A stretch of DNA of 64,000 nucleotides from a virus (lineage: Duplodnaviria > Caudoviricetes). Below are positions 34,784-45,068 of the stretch, one piece after another. Made by a program: the position numbers and the translations under genes. The stretch lies in the IMG/VR virus record IMGVR_UViG_3300008107_000634, positions 1,991-65,990 of that record. One strand, written 5' to 3'. Position 1 is the first letter of the stretch; every line of letters begins with the position of its first letter. The notes under the pieces were generated by a model that was not told the DNA's origin, searched no databases, and saw only the letters and a list, made by a program, of their open reading frames with translations.

Positions 34784-35058
34784 GTGATGATGTAGATAAG
34801 ATTAAAGAAATTGCCTATAATAATAAGGCTAGATTAGAGACTCACGAGGCTCTATGCACTCTAAGATATGAACAGATTTTAGAAAAGTTAGAATTTAGTA
34901 ATAGTCAGATAGCCGCCCTTGCCGCTAAACTAGAAACATTGTCTACTATAGCCGTGCAAGGTAAAACGTCTATCTCTACTACAGTTTGGTTACTAGGAGC
35001 AGGAGCAGGAGCGTTTACGTTCTTCATTTTTATACTCAAAACATTTAGACTTATTTAA
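34780..35058 (+). CDS. small coiled-coil membrane protein (holin/XhlA-like)
   Basis: HEALC.LRYEQI coiled coil plus one C-terminal TM helix. Confidence 0.45.
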   Translation: MSDDVDKIKEIAYNNKARLETHEALCTLRYEQILEKLEFSNSQIAALAAKLETLSTIAVQGKTSISTTVWLLGAGAGAFTFFIFILKTFRLI

Positions 35059-36320
35059 TGCCGTTTTTTAAACTTAATATTCAGAAGTTACTTGAAAAAA
35101 TACCCTCTAGGTATGCTAGAGATGAAAAAGTAATATTTAACGATTCTCAATGGGGTCTTTTTAAAGGCCTTGAAGAACACCGATTTTGGGTGCATATTGC
35201 CGCGCGTCGTACAGGTAAGAGCTTTGGCGCATCTATCCTTGCACTAGCTAAACTACTTGAGCCTAATCAACAAGTTATCGTAGTGGCTCCTAACTTTACC
35301 CTAAGTTCTATTATTTGGGATTATGTAACAGATTTAATACAAGAACTTAAGATAGAGTGTGATCGTTTCAATCAAAAAGATAAAGTAATAAAACTTATTA
35401 ATGGTTCTACGTTTAGGCTGCTTTCTGCTAACAATAGAGACTCTCTTGTTGGTAGAGCAGCTAATTTTTTAATTGTAGACGAGGCAGCAGTCATAGATGA
35501 TGATGAGTATTTTACCAGAGACTTACGCCCTGCTCTTTCTACCTTTAATGATTCTAGGGCTCTCTTTATTACTACTCCTCGCGGAAAAAACAATTACATC
35601 TATGAGTATTTTAATCGTGGTCCTGACGAGCGCTATTCTGAGTGGGGTAGCTCTCTATATACTTGGAGAGCTAATCCACGTCTTTCAATAACGGATATCG
35701 AAGAAGCTCGTAGTATTATGTCTGAACAGCTCTTTAAACAAGAGTATGAATGTGAGTGGTCTACTTTCGAAGGTCAGATATATGCAGTGGATGAGACTAG
35801 ACATTTATTAGACCTGTCTGATATACAACCTAAAGATAGTCGATTTGATTTTATCGGTGGATTAGATCTTGGATATAGAGACGAAACCGTATTCTTAGTA
35901 GTGGCTACAGATGGTGAGAATTTCTATGTAGTAGATGAGTATATTAGTAAAGAAGCTACTACCTCTACTCATGCAGAACATTTTAGAGAACTTATAGATC
36001 ATTGGGGAGTTAATTCTATCTACATAGATAGTGCGGCTCAGCAAATGAAAGCAGACCTTGCATATGAATATGATATTTACTGCGAAAACGCTAATAAGTA
36101 TCAAAATGAAGGTATAACGCATTTACAAGTTTTACTTGAACATAATAGATTAGTTTTTAGTACTACGGTTCCTAAAACCTATCAGTCTATGTGTGCATAT
36201 AGATGGAATGATAGAGGTGAGAAAGAAAAACCTCTACATGATTGGGCTTCTCATTGTTGTGATGCACTTAGATACGCTATCTATACACACGCTAAAAATA
36301 AAGTAAGTATCTACGGATAA
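35058..36320 (+). CDS. terL: terminase large subunit
   Basis: AARRTGKS Walker A, LIVDEAA Walker B, GGLDLGYRD and HCCDALRY nuclease motifs. Confidence 0.95.
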   Translation: MPFFKLNIQKLLEKIPSRYARDEKVIFNDSQWGLFKGLEEHRFWVHIAARRTGKSFGASILALAKLLEPNQQVIVVAPNFTLSSIIWDYVTDLIQELKIECDRFNQKDKVIKLINGSTFRLLSANNRDSLVGRAANFLIVDEAAVIDDDEYFTRDLRPALSTFNDSRALFITTPRGKNNYIYEYFNRGPDERYSEWGSSLYTWRANPRLSITDIEEARSIMSEQLFKQEYECEWSTFEGQIYAVDETRHLLDLSDIQPKDSRFDFIGGLDLGYRDETVFLVVATDGENFYVVDEYISKEATTSTHAEHFRELIDHWGVNSIYIDSAAQQMKADLAYEYDIYCENANKYQNEGITHLQVLLEHNRLVFSTTVPKTYQSMCAYRWNDRGEKEKPLHDWASHCCDALRYAIYTHAKNKVSIYG

Positions 36321-36388
36321 GACAAAGTAAATAAAAAAGTTTAGACAACAATATTATACACTGTTATCATATTGTATGAGGTATAACC

Positions 36389-37672
36389 TTGAGTGATACA
36401 TTTTTAGGACGTACTAGAGCATGGGTGGCTGAAAAGCTAAATCCAGTTCAGCCCTCTATAGCTAGAGACGCTGGTTATCAAGTACCTGAAACAATAGTTG
36501 ATTATGAAAGAGCTTATCGTGACGTAGAAGTAATACGTCGCGCTGTAGACATTATTATCAACGCTTGTGCAAATGTGCCATTGACCATAGATGGTGGTGC
36601 AGCTCCTAAAAAACTAAATAAACTTTTAAATATAACTCCTAATCCTTTTGAAGATAGAAATAGAATATTTCGCAGATCTTTCCTAGATTTTATGCTAGAT
36701 GGTAATGCCTTTTTTTACTATGATGGAACATCTCTATATGCATTACCTGCTAACGAAGTAGCTATTCAGCCCGATGAAAAGACTTTCGTTAAAAATTATC
36801 AATATCAACTCAGAAGTGGTTCGGTTCTTTACGGTTTTGACAAGCCAAAAGTTAATAATATAAACTTTGACCCGGATGAGATTATCCATGTAAAATCAGA
36901 TAATGAAGATTCAATCTTTAGAGGTTCCTCTAGGTTAAAGCCTCTTAGAAGACTGATAGAGCTGTATTATGCTTTAACAGACTTCCAAAGACAGTTCTTC
37001 AAAAATAATGCAATACCTGGCATAGTTTTACAGACAGATTCTGTACTAAGTCAGAAGGTAAAAGAAAGACTACTAGAAGCCTGGAGAAATACTTATTCTA
37101 ACGTATTTCAGGGAGCTAGAAGTCCCGCCATCCTAGACGGTGGTTTGAAAATTGAAAAGTTTAGTAACATCAACTTCAGAGAACTAGATTTCGAAGCCTC
37201 AGTTGATAGATTACAGCAAGATATGTGTAAGGCGTTAGGTGTACCTTATGTCTTACTAAAAAGCGGTAATAATGCTAACATAGAAGTAAACGAAAGACTT
37301 CTATATAATCACGTTGTTCTACCTATACTACATAGTTATTGTAGCGCCTTTCAGTTATACTTTGCGGGAGATGTAAAAATATATCCAGATAAGTATGCGA
37401 TCTCTGCTCTACAACCAGATAATAAAACTCAGGCTATGTATTATACTACTCTAGTAAATGGAGGTATCATATCTCCTAACGAAGCTAGAGAAGGTTTAAG
37501 ACTATCAAGATCTACAGATCCAGAAATGGATAAGATAAGAGTGCCTCAAAATATAGTAGGTAGTGCTACAGACCCTTCTCAGGGCGGTAGACCAGTAGAA
37601 GAAGATAGAACAGAGCCTACAACAGTTACTCCCTTAGAGGATACAAACACACAAGGATCGACTAATGGATAA
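36389..37672 (+). CDS. portal protein (HK97/T5 type)
   Basis: TTG start; G.S.L, FFKNNAIPG, ALGVP, NEARE motifs. Confidence 0.92.
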   Translation: MSDTFLGRTRAWVAEKLNPVQPSIARDAGYQVPETIVDYERAYRDVEVIRRAVDIIINACANVPLTIDGGAAPKKLNKLLNITPNPFEDRNRIFRRSFLDFMLDGNAFFYYDGTSLYALPANEVAIQPDEKTFVKNYQYQLRSGSVLYGFDKPKVNNINFDPDEIIHVKSDNEDSIFRGSSRLKPLRRLIELYYALTDFQRQFFKNNAIPGIVLQTDSVLSQKVKERLLEAWRNTYSNVFQGARSPAILDGGLKIEKFSNINFRELDFEASVDRLQQDMCKALGVPYVLLKSGNNANIEVNERLLYNHVVLPILHSYCSAFQLYFAGDVKIYPDKYAISALQPDNKTQAMYYTTLVNGGIISPNEAREGLRLSRSTDPEMDKIRVPQNIVGSATDPSQGGRPVEEDRTEPTTVTPLEDTNTQGSTNG

Positions 37673-40526
37673 GAAATTTTACTTAAGTGCCTCATTTGAA
37701 GCGAATTCTGTACAGAAGAAAACAGGTAGCAAAAGTTTAAAAATTGCTGGCTATGCTAATACTGTAGATAAGGATCGCGCAGGTGATGTTGTACTTCCAG
37801 CAGCATGGGCTAAGGGAATAGACAGGTTTCGTAAGAATCCTGTTTTATTATATCAGCACAAACACGAAAATCCGATCGGCAGAGTAGACAAAGTAACTGT
37901 TGATAAAAAAGGTATGTTCATTGAGGCTTCCGTTAGTGAAGCTGCTGAAAAATTACACGGGGTTCATAGTCTCATAAAAGACGGAGCCCTAAAAAGTTTT
38001 AGCGTAGGTTTTCTAGTAAAAGACGGAAAACTAGATAAGGCTAACGATACATTCGTTATATCTGATGTTGAACTACTAGAAATCAGCGTTGTAAGTGTTC
38101 CTGCTAACCAGGAAAGTCTTTTCTCTGTAAAGAAGAATTTTGAAAATCAAGAAGAGTATGAGACCTTTAAAAAGTCTTTTCCAGTTCAAGATGCAAAAGA
38201 AGAAGAAGAGATTAAAGCTTCTATGACTTCAGAAGAGAAGGCTATCTTAGAAAACGAAGGCCCATATAGAATTGGTATAACTACTCGTGATATGGGACAC
38301 TATCATATTTTCCAAATGACAGATACAGACGATGGCGCTACTATTTTCGGCTCTGATTCTAGAGAGCACGTTCATCAGATAATTAATGGCCAAATTCAGG
38401 CTGCAGAAGGCCACACTCACAGAATTCTTACTACCGCGGTTCACGCAGAGCAAGAAGACGAAGAAGAGGAAAGCGTTCCTAATATCTTTTTAATGAGTGG
38501 AACAGAAGATACTGTGCAGAAAACAGTAGAGACAAAAGATTCTGAACAAGCCGAAGAAGATACTGTAGAAGAAACAGATCCTTACGAGCCAATTCCTTTT
38601 GTAAATCTATTAAGCGCAAGCACTGGAGCACTAGCTAATGGACAATTTGTTCAGCTAAAAGGTGAGAGGTATGTAATTACTAAGATTGCTACTTCGGATA
38701 GTCCAAGTTTCCAGTTTAAACAAGTAGATTTACAGGGACAGCATCTTGATAAAATTTTAAACATTGACGCTACTTCCCTAGAAGTGTTAAATATATGGGA
38801 TGTAGGAACAAATTTTGATATTCAGCTAGCAGAGATCGAAGAACTCAGTCTAGATGAAGATACAAAACAGACTATCCTAACAAACTTTAAAAACTTAAAT
38901 AACGTAACCGAAAAAGATCTATATGATCTCAAAACAGACAACCTAGTAAAAACTAACCCAACTCTACAAGAAAAACTAAACAAAACAATAAACTTAGTAT
39001 CTACTAAAAACTGGACTGATTCTGACTTTGTAGTCGCAAATAGAATTTGTCAAGTTATTCATAAATTGAAAGAAATTGAGCACAGTGAAGCATCTATGCG
39101 ACAAATAATGCTAAAGCTTCACGGTCATTTAGAAGCTCAAACAAAGGAGAAATTAAATATGGCTACTCAGGCTGTTGACGAACCAGTTGTTATTGGTTCT
39201 ACTGCTGAAACCAAGGCTGAGGCTACTGCCACAGCTAAGGTTGCCGAGCCTCGTGTTGCTGAGCTAGTTGAAAAGACTGGTGAAGCTATCATCAAGGAAG
39301 CAGACGCAAAGGATAAGTACGGTGAGTATACTCCTCGTGAATCTGAAAAGGCTGCTGAACTTCAGGCTCAGATCAAGAAGTACAAAGACGAAATTGCTGC
39401 ACTACAGAACAGCAAGATGGTATTCCAGGAGCAGTCACGTGCTTCTCAGTTCACTCAGCGTGAACTTGCTAATGCCTACCTACTATCTAAGGCACTTCGC
39501 AAGGAATCTGTATTCGACACCAAGCTAGGTGCTCGTATGAAGGCAGTAACAACTGTAGATCAGTTCCTATCAAACTTTAGCTCAGATGTTTATACTGAAC
39601 TACAGCAGGAACTAGTTGTTGCTAAAATGCTACGTCGTATGTCAGTAGACGCAAAGACTTTCAGAGTCCCAGTTGCTGACGAAGACACCGATGGTGATGT
39701 AGCACAGTTCGCTAGCGGAACATATACCACAGGTATTGCCGACGCTACCAACGTGCCAACTTCAAACCAGAGCACAATCAAGTCTGTAGACTTCACACCT
39801 CACAAGTTCATGGCTACAACACACCTAGCTAAGGACGAAGAAGAAGATACAATTCTTCCTCTACTAGACTTCCTACGTACCGCTTCTATGCGTCGTATGG
39901 GCCGTGCAATCGACAAGGCTCTACTACGCGGTGACGGTTCACTAAGCGGGTTCACTGCTTCACCAACTAATGCTATCACAGCAGGAACTGGTTATGCTGC
40001 AGTATTCAAGGGAATTGCAACCCTAGCCAATGATATCTCTGGTCTCCGTGTTCAGACCGGCGGTAACTCAACCAAGGCTACCCCAGCTAACATTGCTAGC
40101 GCACGTGCCGTATTAGGTAAATACGGTCTACAGCTAGGAGATCACCTAGTATATCTAACAACTATTGAAGGATATAACGAGCTAGTATCAAATTCAGACT
40201 TCCGCACAGTTGATAAGTTCGGTCCAAACGCAACCTATCTAACAGGTGCTCTTGGAGCTGTATACGGAATTCCAGTTATGATCACTGAGTTCCTAGACGT
40301 TGTAGGCGGTGCAGACCGTCACATCGGTCTACTAGTATACAAGCCAGGGTTCCTAGTAGCTGAGCGCCGTGCAATGGAGATTGAGAGCGAATACGATCCA
40401 CGTCGTCAGCTAACTGCAATCTACATGAGCACACGCCTAGACATGAAGGCACTAACAACTAACTCAAGTGCTGCCCTTGATGCAACCAAGTATTCAATGG
40501 CATCAGTAATCCGTTCTGGAGCATAA
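37665..40526 (+). CDS. prohead protease-linker-major capsid protein fusion (HK97 fold)
   Basis: IAGYAN..DR.GD, LKSFSVGF, LLEISVVSVPAN at the N-terminus; capsid fold at the C-terminus; in-frame RBS-ATG at 39159. Confidence 0.9.
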   Translation: MDKKFYLSASFEANSVQKKTGSKSLKIAGYANTVDKDRAGDVVLPAAWAKGIDRFRKNPVLLYQHKHENPIGRVDKVTVDKKGMFIEASVSEAAEKLHGVHSLIKDGALKSFSVGFLVKDGKLDKANDTFVISDVELLEISVVSVPANQESLFSVKKNFENQEEYETFKKSFPVQDAKEEEEIKASMTSEEKAILENEGPYRIGITTRDMGHYHIFQMTDTDDGATIFGSDSREHVHQIINGQIQAAEGHTHRILTTAVHAEQEDEEEESVPNIFLMSGTEDTVQKTVETKDSEQAEEDTVEETDPYEPIPFVNLLSASTGALANGQFVQLKGERYVITKIATSDSPSFQFKQVDLQGQHLDKILNIDATSLEVLNIWDVGTNFDIQLAEIEELSLDEDTKQTILTNFKNLNNVTEKDLYDLKTDNLVKTNPTLQEKLNKTINLVSTKNWTDSDFVVANRICQVIHKLKEIEHSEASMRQIMLKLHGHLEAQTKEKLNMATQAVDEPVVIGSTAETKAEATATAKVAEPRVAELVEKTGEAIIKEADAKDKYGEYTPRESEKAAELQAQIKKYKDEIAALQNSKMVFQEQSRASQFTQRELANAYLLSKALRKESVFDTKLGARMKAVTTVDQFLSNFSSDVYTELQQELVVAKMLRRMSVDAKTFRVPVADEDTDGDVAQFASGTYTTGIADATNVPTSNQSTIKSVDFTPHKFMATTHLAKDEEEDTILPLLDFLRTASMRRMGRAIDKALLRGDGSLSGFTASPTNAITAGTGYAAVFKGIATLANDISGLRVQTGGNSTKATPANIASARAVLGKYGLQLGDHLVYLTTIEGYNELVSNSDFRTVDKFGPNATYLTGALGAVYGIPVMITEFLDVVGGADRHIGLLVYKPGFLVAERRAMEIESEYDPRRQLTAIYMSTRLDMKALTTNSSAALDATKYSMASVIRSGA

Positions 40527-40589
40527 TAGTAGTTTAGGCACGGGAGTAGGTAGTAGAGATACTACCTACTACCCATAAGGAGAAACAAA

Positions 40590-41210
40590 ATGGCAGGAGC
40601 CGGACAAAAATTCCTACATATCGTTGATGCCGATCTAAGCTACAATGCTCAGTTTAAGACTTTTGATGAAATTCCATCACACGCTTTAAACTTCGGATCA
40701 ACAATTAGATTTATGCCTGGTGTTTACGAAATGGGAACTATCAATCTAGATAGTTTAACTTTCGAAGGCATCGGCAACCCAGCAGACGTAGTACTAGCAA
40801 ACCTAGTTATAGGTGGCGCATCTGCAAACACTAATATTTTCCGTAATGTAACACTAAGCGGAAATAGCGGTGTAGCTGCTAGCACAGGCCGTAGCGTATT
40901 TATTACCAACGGTGCTACAGGAACTGTAAGGTTTGAAAACGTAACCTTCACAAATGGAGACCTTGGTATTGATAACCAAGCTCTAGTAGCTCTAGTAGTT
41001 GATCGTTGCGATGCACGTGCAGTAGACAGAGCAATCCGTTCTAATGCAGTAGTATCTGCAAACGTTCGTTTCAGTGTTCTAAATGCCTCTTCAAATGCAT
41101 ATTTCACTGGAGCAAACGCTACCCTAAAAGCAGTTCAAGTAATTGCTAGCCAGAGTGGCGGATCAAATACTGGTAATACGGTTGAAACAGTATCAGCACT
41201 AATTTCATAA
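40590..41210 (+). CDS. beta-helix-like virion protein (possible capsid decoration)
   Basis: Follows the capsid gene; PG.Y and repetitive beta-strand pattern. Confidence 0.5.
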   Translation: MAGAGQKFLHIVDADLSYNAQFKTFDEIPSHALNFGSTIRFMPGVYEMGTINLDSLTFEGIGNPADVVLANLVIGGASANTNIFRNVTLSGNSGVAASTGRSVFITNGATGTVRFENVTFTNGDLGIDNQALVALVVDRCDARAVDRAIRSNAVVSANVRFSVLNASSNAYFTGANATLKAVQVIASQSGGSNTGNTVETVSALIS

Positions 41211-41233
41211 GATTAGTCTACTGATAATCAAGT

Positions 41234-41273
41234 GAGAGGTAGCTGTTAGAAATAATGGCTACCTCTTTTTTTT
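41234..41273 (+). terminator. rho-independent terminator
   Basis: AGAGGTAGC...GCTACCTCT stem followed by a T-run. Confidence 0.8.
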
Positions 41274-41283
41274 AGAGGAAAAT

Positions 41284-42561
41284 ATGGCAAACTATGTAAC
41301 TCTAGCAGAAGTTAAAAACTATCTTAAGATTAACAGCACAGAGCATGATGGTAGATTAGCAAATCTAATTACCTATGGCTGCTCTGTGATAGAGAGTTAT
41401 TGTGGGCGAGTTTTCTCTTCTAATTCATATACTGAGATATTTGATGGCGGAACCTCTAGCTTATTTGTTAAAAACATACCCGTAAATAATGTTCATCAGG
41501 TTTTAGAATATGATGGCAGACAGTATCAAGTTTTAGACGGTCCTACAATAGACAGTTCGATAGTTGACGCTTCTAGAGTAAATAAAACAGTTACTTCTAA
41601 TACAGGGTTTAGTCTTCAAACTAGATTTGTAAAATATGGAATTTCATCCGGTCAGTTAAACGGTTCTGGAGGATATTTATCTTTAACAGACGACGATGAT
41701 TTCTGGTTTGATAGCTTACCTTTTGCGGTTGAAGGCTGGTTTAGATTTAATACTTTAGTCAGCTCTCAGACCCTTTTCTCACAAGTAGAAGACAGTAATA
41801 ACTATTGGAAGTTTGGTTTTAGCAACACACAAGGACTAGTTTTTGAAGCTAAGCAAGGCGGAACTCAAATTGCCTATGTAGCTAATGGTTCTGTTACTGG
41901 CTATACTGCTAATCAATATGTCCATGTTATGTTTTCTAGAGATGAGAATAACGGTTGCAGAATATTTAAAGGCGGATCTTTAGTAAGTCCTGTAGTAACA
42001 GTATCTAATGTATTCCCTAACCTATCCGCACCCGTAGAGATAGGAAGACAAAATTTAACAGATAAACAGTATTTCTCAGGTCAGTTAGATGAGATAAGAA
42101 TGTCCCTAAATAGTTACAGAGCCAATGCTAATTTTGTGCCACAAACCTACACATATTCAACAGATACAAACACTACGTTATTAATGCATTTTAACGGTTC
42201 TAAAGATGCTATTACTACCTATGATTCATCTTTAAATAGAGAACAGTATACATGGTATGGAGCTACTGGAGAAATAACTAAACACGTTGGGCAAGACACA
42301 GGTAGAGAGACTCTTAGTATCTTAGGTGTTAAACAGTTTTATAACTATACGCATGGTGTAAAAATTACTTATAACGGTGGTTATGATACTATACCTTCTG
42401 ATGTTAAACTAGTTACTTTAGACTATATTAAAGAATTACATAAAGGGTTAGAAAATAGAGCGGTTTCTCTACAAGGAGAAAGTATTTCGTCCTTTGAATT
42501 TACAGGTGGGTTTGCTCCGCATATTCGTCGCGTGTTGGATCTTTATAGGATTGTGATGTAA
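41284..42561 (+). CDS. head-tail connector with inserted LamG-like domain
   Basis: YVTLAEVK.YL..IESYCGR N-terminus and ITY.GGY..IP.D.KL C-terminus flanking FAVEGW/FSGQLDEIR. Confidence 0.8.
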   Translation: MANYVTLAEVKNYLKINSTEHDGRLANLITYGCSVIESYCGRVFSSNSYTEIFDGGTSSLFVKNIPVNNVHQVLEYDGRQYQVLDGPTIDSSIVDASRVNKTVTSNTGFSLQTRFVKYGISSGQLNGSGGYLSLTDDDDFWFDSLPFAVEGWFRFNTLVSSQTLFSQVEDSNNYWKFGFSNTQGLVFEAKQGGTQIAYVANGSVTGYTANQYVHVMFSRDENNGCRIFKGGSLVSPVVTVSNVFPNLSAPVEIGRQNLTDKQYFSGQLDEIRMSLNSYRANANFVPQTYTYSTDTNTTLLMHFNGSKDAITTYDSSLNREQYTWYGATGEITKHVGQDTGRETLSILGVKQFYNYTHGVKITYNGGYDTIPSDVKLVTLDYIKELHKGLENRAVSLQGESISSFEFTGGFAPHIRRVLDLYRIVM

Positions 42562-44045
42562 TGGTTGATAAGCCTATAGTTTTTATTGAAAACACAGGAT
42601 TCCAAGAACTCACTGCTAAGTATTATAAAAGAGATAATAAATTATCTAAAGATCAGGAATCTTCTTATGCTAAAGCTTATGAAACATATGTAGGACAGTT
42701 ATTTGGAACTATACTTCCTAGAACTTCAAGTTCAGATACTAGACCTGACATACCTATCACTAAAGCTGATGTAGATAAACTTCTTGAAAATAATCAAACA
42801 GAAGATAGCACCATATTTAGTTTTCTTGATGAATTAAGACAGAATTTAGCAAAATTAGAAGAAGGAGTAGATTTTCAATCTTTAAGAGAAGCCTTTGTTA
42901 ATGCTGCTAACACAGAAAAAGACCCTAATAGAAGATTATCTTTATTACAAACTATAGGAGGTATTGAAATTAAAGGTTCTTTCGGTATAGACTTATTAGG
43001 TGGTAGTGACGATTCTTTAAAAATTAGTAGAAAAACTCCTAGAGGATTAACAGGTAGACAGATAAATATAAAAAGTATTTTAGGAGGAGTAAAACCTGAA
43101 GGATCTAGTTTAGTTATACCGATAGTCACTTCTATAGATACTAGTAAAGTAGAAGCTAAACGTCTTGCTCGTACTATTAAAGATTTTTTTGACAGGGCAA
43201 AAGATAATTTACATAGCGCTATTACTGGAGAATATTCTGGGACTGATCCTAAATTATTATATTTTAAAAATTCAGTTGCAGTTAAACAAATCAGAGCTAA
43301 GGGTCAGAATCTATGGATGCAGTATGTAATAAGATCTGGCGCAACTGTTAAGTCATATTCAGCCTATTTACCAGAGAGTTTTAAAGTACAGAACACCAAC
43401 TTACAGGTGCAGAGTTCTAGTTTATATATAGCATATACAACTGCATATGAAAATAAAGTTTTGGAAAGACTAAAAACAGCTATTCAAACTAAATCAGGAC
43501 AAGCTGTAGATAAAATAATTAAAGATACAGATATCAAAGACCTATTGTTGGCTCCACCTACTGTAACTACTCAAATATTAGTACCTTCCGGAGGCTCTAT
43601 ACCTATTTCTACAGTTAAATACCCAAACAATTATATACCTCGTATAAATAAAGCAGCTTTTCAAAGTAGAATTAATTCTATTGTATCTATTTTAAGAGAG
43701 ACTAGAGGGTCTACTAAAACTATGGGTGATTTCATCACCGACGACACTATAACTGCTCTAACTAAAAGAGAGATGCTTCGTCGTATGCCTATCGGTCCTG
43801 TGGGAGGACCTCCTAAGTCTTCTAGAGTATTAACCTATCGCACAGGTAGATTTGTAAATAGCCTACAGGTAATGGCTAATATAAGAACACAGAATATGCA
43901 ATATTATTATGATCCTAACTACTGGGTTCACGAAGCTACTTCTAGAAATCCAAAAGATCTTATTGGTTCTTCCCTCAACTCTGTAACTAGAAGTCTGTTT
44001 GGTAAGAGGTTTAACCTAATAAAAGCTAATCAGAGTTTAGAATAA
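42561..44045 (+). CDS. neck/tail completion protein (T5-like)
   Basis: C-terminal LTYRTGRF..S..YYY...Y..HE..RNP.DLI. Confidence 0.6.
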   Translation: MVDKPIVFIENTGFQELTAKYYKRDNKLSKDQESSYAKAYETYVGQLFGTILPRTSSSDTRPDIPITKADVDKLLENNQTEDSTIFSFLDELRQNLAKLEEGVDFQSLREAFVNAANTEKDPNRRLSLLQTIGGIEIKGSFGIDLLGGSDDSLKISRKTPRGLTGRQINIKSILGGVKPEGSSLVIPIVTSIDTSKVEAKRLARTIKDFFDRAKDNLHSAITGEYSGTDPKLLYFKNSVAVKQIRAKGQNLWMQYVIRSGATVKSYSAYLPESFKVQNTNLQVQSSSLYIAYTTAYENKVLERLKTAIQTKSGQAVDKIIKDTDIKDLLLAPPTVTTQILVPSGGSIPISTVKYPNNYIPRINKAAFQSRINSIVSILRETRGSTKTMGDFITDDTITALTKREMLRRMPIGPVGGPPKSSRVLTYRTGRFVNSLQVMANIRTQNMQYYYDPNYWVHEATSRNPKDLIGSSLNSVTRSLFGKRFNLIKANQSLE

Positions 44046-44491
44046 TGGCAACAAGTAGACGTAGAGAGATAGTTAACTATCTTATCACACAACTGAAAAC
44101 TATAAACGGCTCTACGAGCCAATATGGATATCAGTTTAAAACCAACTTATCACAGAACGTGTTTAAAGGTCTTAAATATATAGATCAGATAAATGATTTT
44201 CCTGCTATTTATATTCAAGCAGGAGAAGAACTCTATAGATATAATTCTAAAACAAATACAGAAGCTTTTATGACTATTATGATTAGAATTTATGCACACG
44301 AAGAGCATAGTCTGTATAAACTAGAAGATCTTGTGGATGATATTACTCATGTTTTAGAGCGTGTTAAATATGACCAAAGTCACAAGATCATATCTGCCGA
44401 AATTGCGTCTATAGACACGGACTCCGGTTTACTAGATCCCTATGGGTTAGGAGAAATAATGATTACGGTTCAGTATGATGTGGATGATTGA
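44045..44491 (+). CDS. tail terminator-like protein 1
   Basis: SRRREI...LK.ING, INDFPAI, D.G.L.PYGLGEI. Confidence 0.7.
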   Translation: MATSRRREIVNYLITQLKTINGSTSQYGYQFKTNLSQNVFKGLKYIDQINDFPAIYIQAGEELYRYNSKTNTEAFMTIMIRIYAHEEHSLYKLEDLVDDITHVLERVKYDQSHKIISAEIASIDTDSGLLDPYGLGEIMITVQYDVDD

Positions 44492-44973
44492 TGAGTAGCA
44501 AACGTAGACAGATTATGAATGAAATAGTTTCGGCGCTCAAACTAATAGACGGAACTACAGAGACCCTACCTAACAGCCCTCGTAGTCCGTATACTTTTTG
44601 TACTAATGTATTTACAAACGTTTTTGCAAAACAAGAATATTTATCAACTTTAAACGACTTTCCTAGTATTTGTTGTTATCCTATTAGTTCCGAAACTAGA
44701 GCTAGAATAGGAGATGCACAAGTTTTTTCTAGTTTTATTTTAGAAGTCAGAGGTTATGTCTATAGCGACGATAATCCTATAGAAAAAGCAGCTGATTTAG
44801 CTCAAGATATTCAATATATTATTGATTCTATGAAATATCGTTCTACTTTTAAAGACCTAAACGTAACTGAATGTAGAGTTCAGTCTCTATCAACAGATGA
44901 AGGCATAATGGAACCTTATGGAGTAGTAGAGATTAGAGCGTTAATAGTATATATACAAGATTCTAACATTTGA
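44488..44973 (+). CDS. tail terminator-like protein 2 (paralogue)
   Basis: Same motifs: SKRRQI, LNDFPSI, DEG.MEPYGV.E. Confidence 0.65.
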   Translation: MMSSKRRQIMNEIVSALKLIDGTTETLPNSPRSPYTFCTNVFTNVFAKQEYLSTLNDFPSICCYPISSETRARIGDAQVFSSFILEVRGYVYSDDNPIEKAADLAQDIQYIIDSMKYRSTFKDLNVTECRVQSLSTDEGIMEPYGVVEIRALIVYIQDSNI

Positions 44974-45068
44974 AATTTTTATTATTTGCGCCCTATAGTA
45001 AGTGGTGTTATACTTATAAAATATAAGAGGGACCGCCTAACTCATAGGGTTATATTAAGGAGTTAATT

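Noticed and set aside
40542-40573. Rho-independent terminator after the capsid gene
   Set aside because: Perfect 14-bp hairpin but no U-tract, and the next RBS follows immediately; more likely an mRNA-stabilising or attenuating stem.
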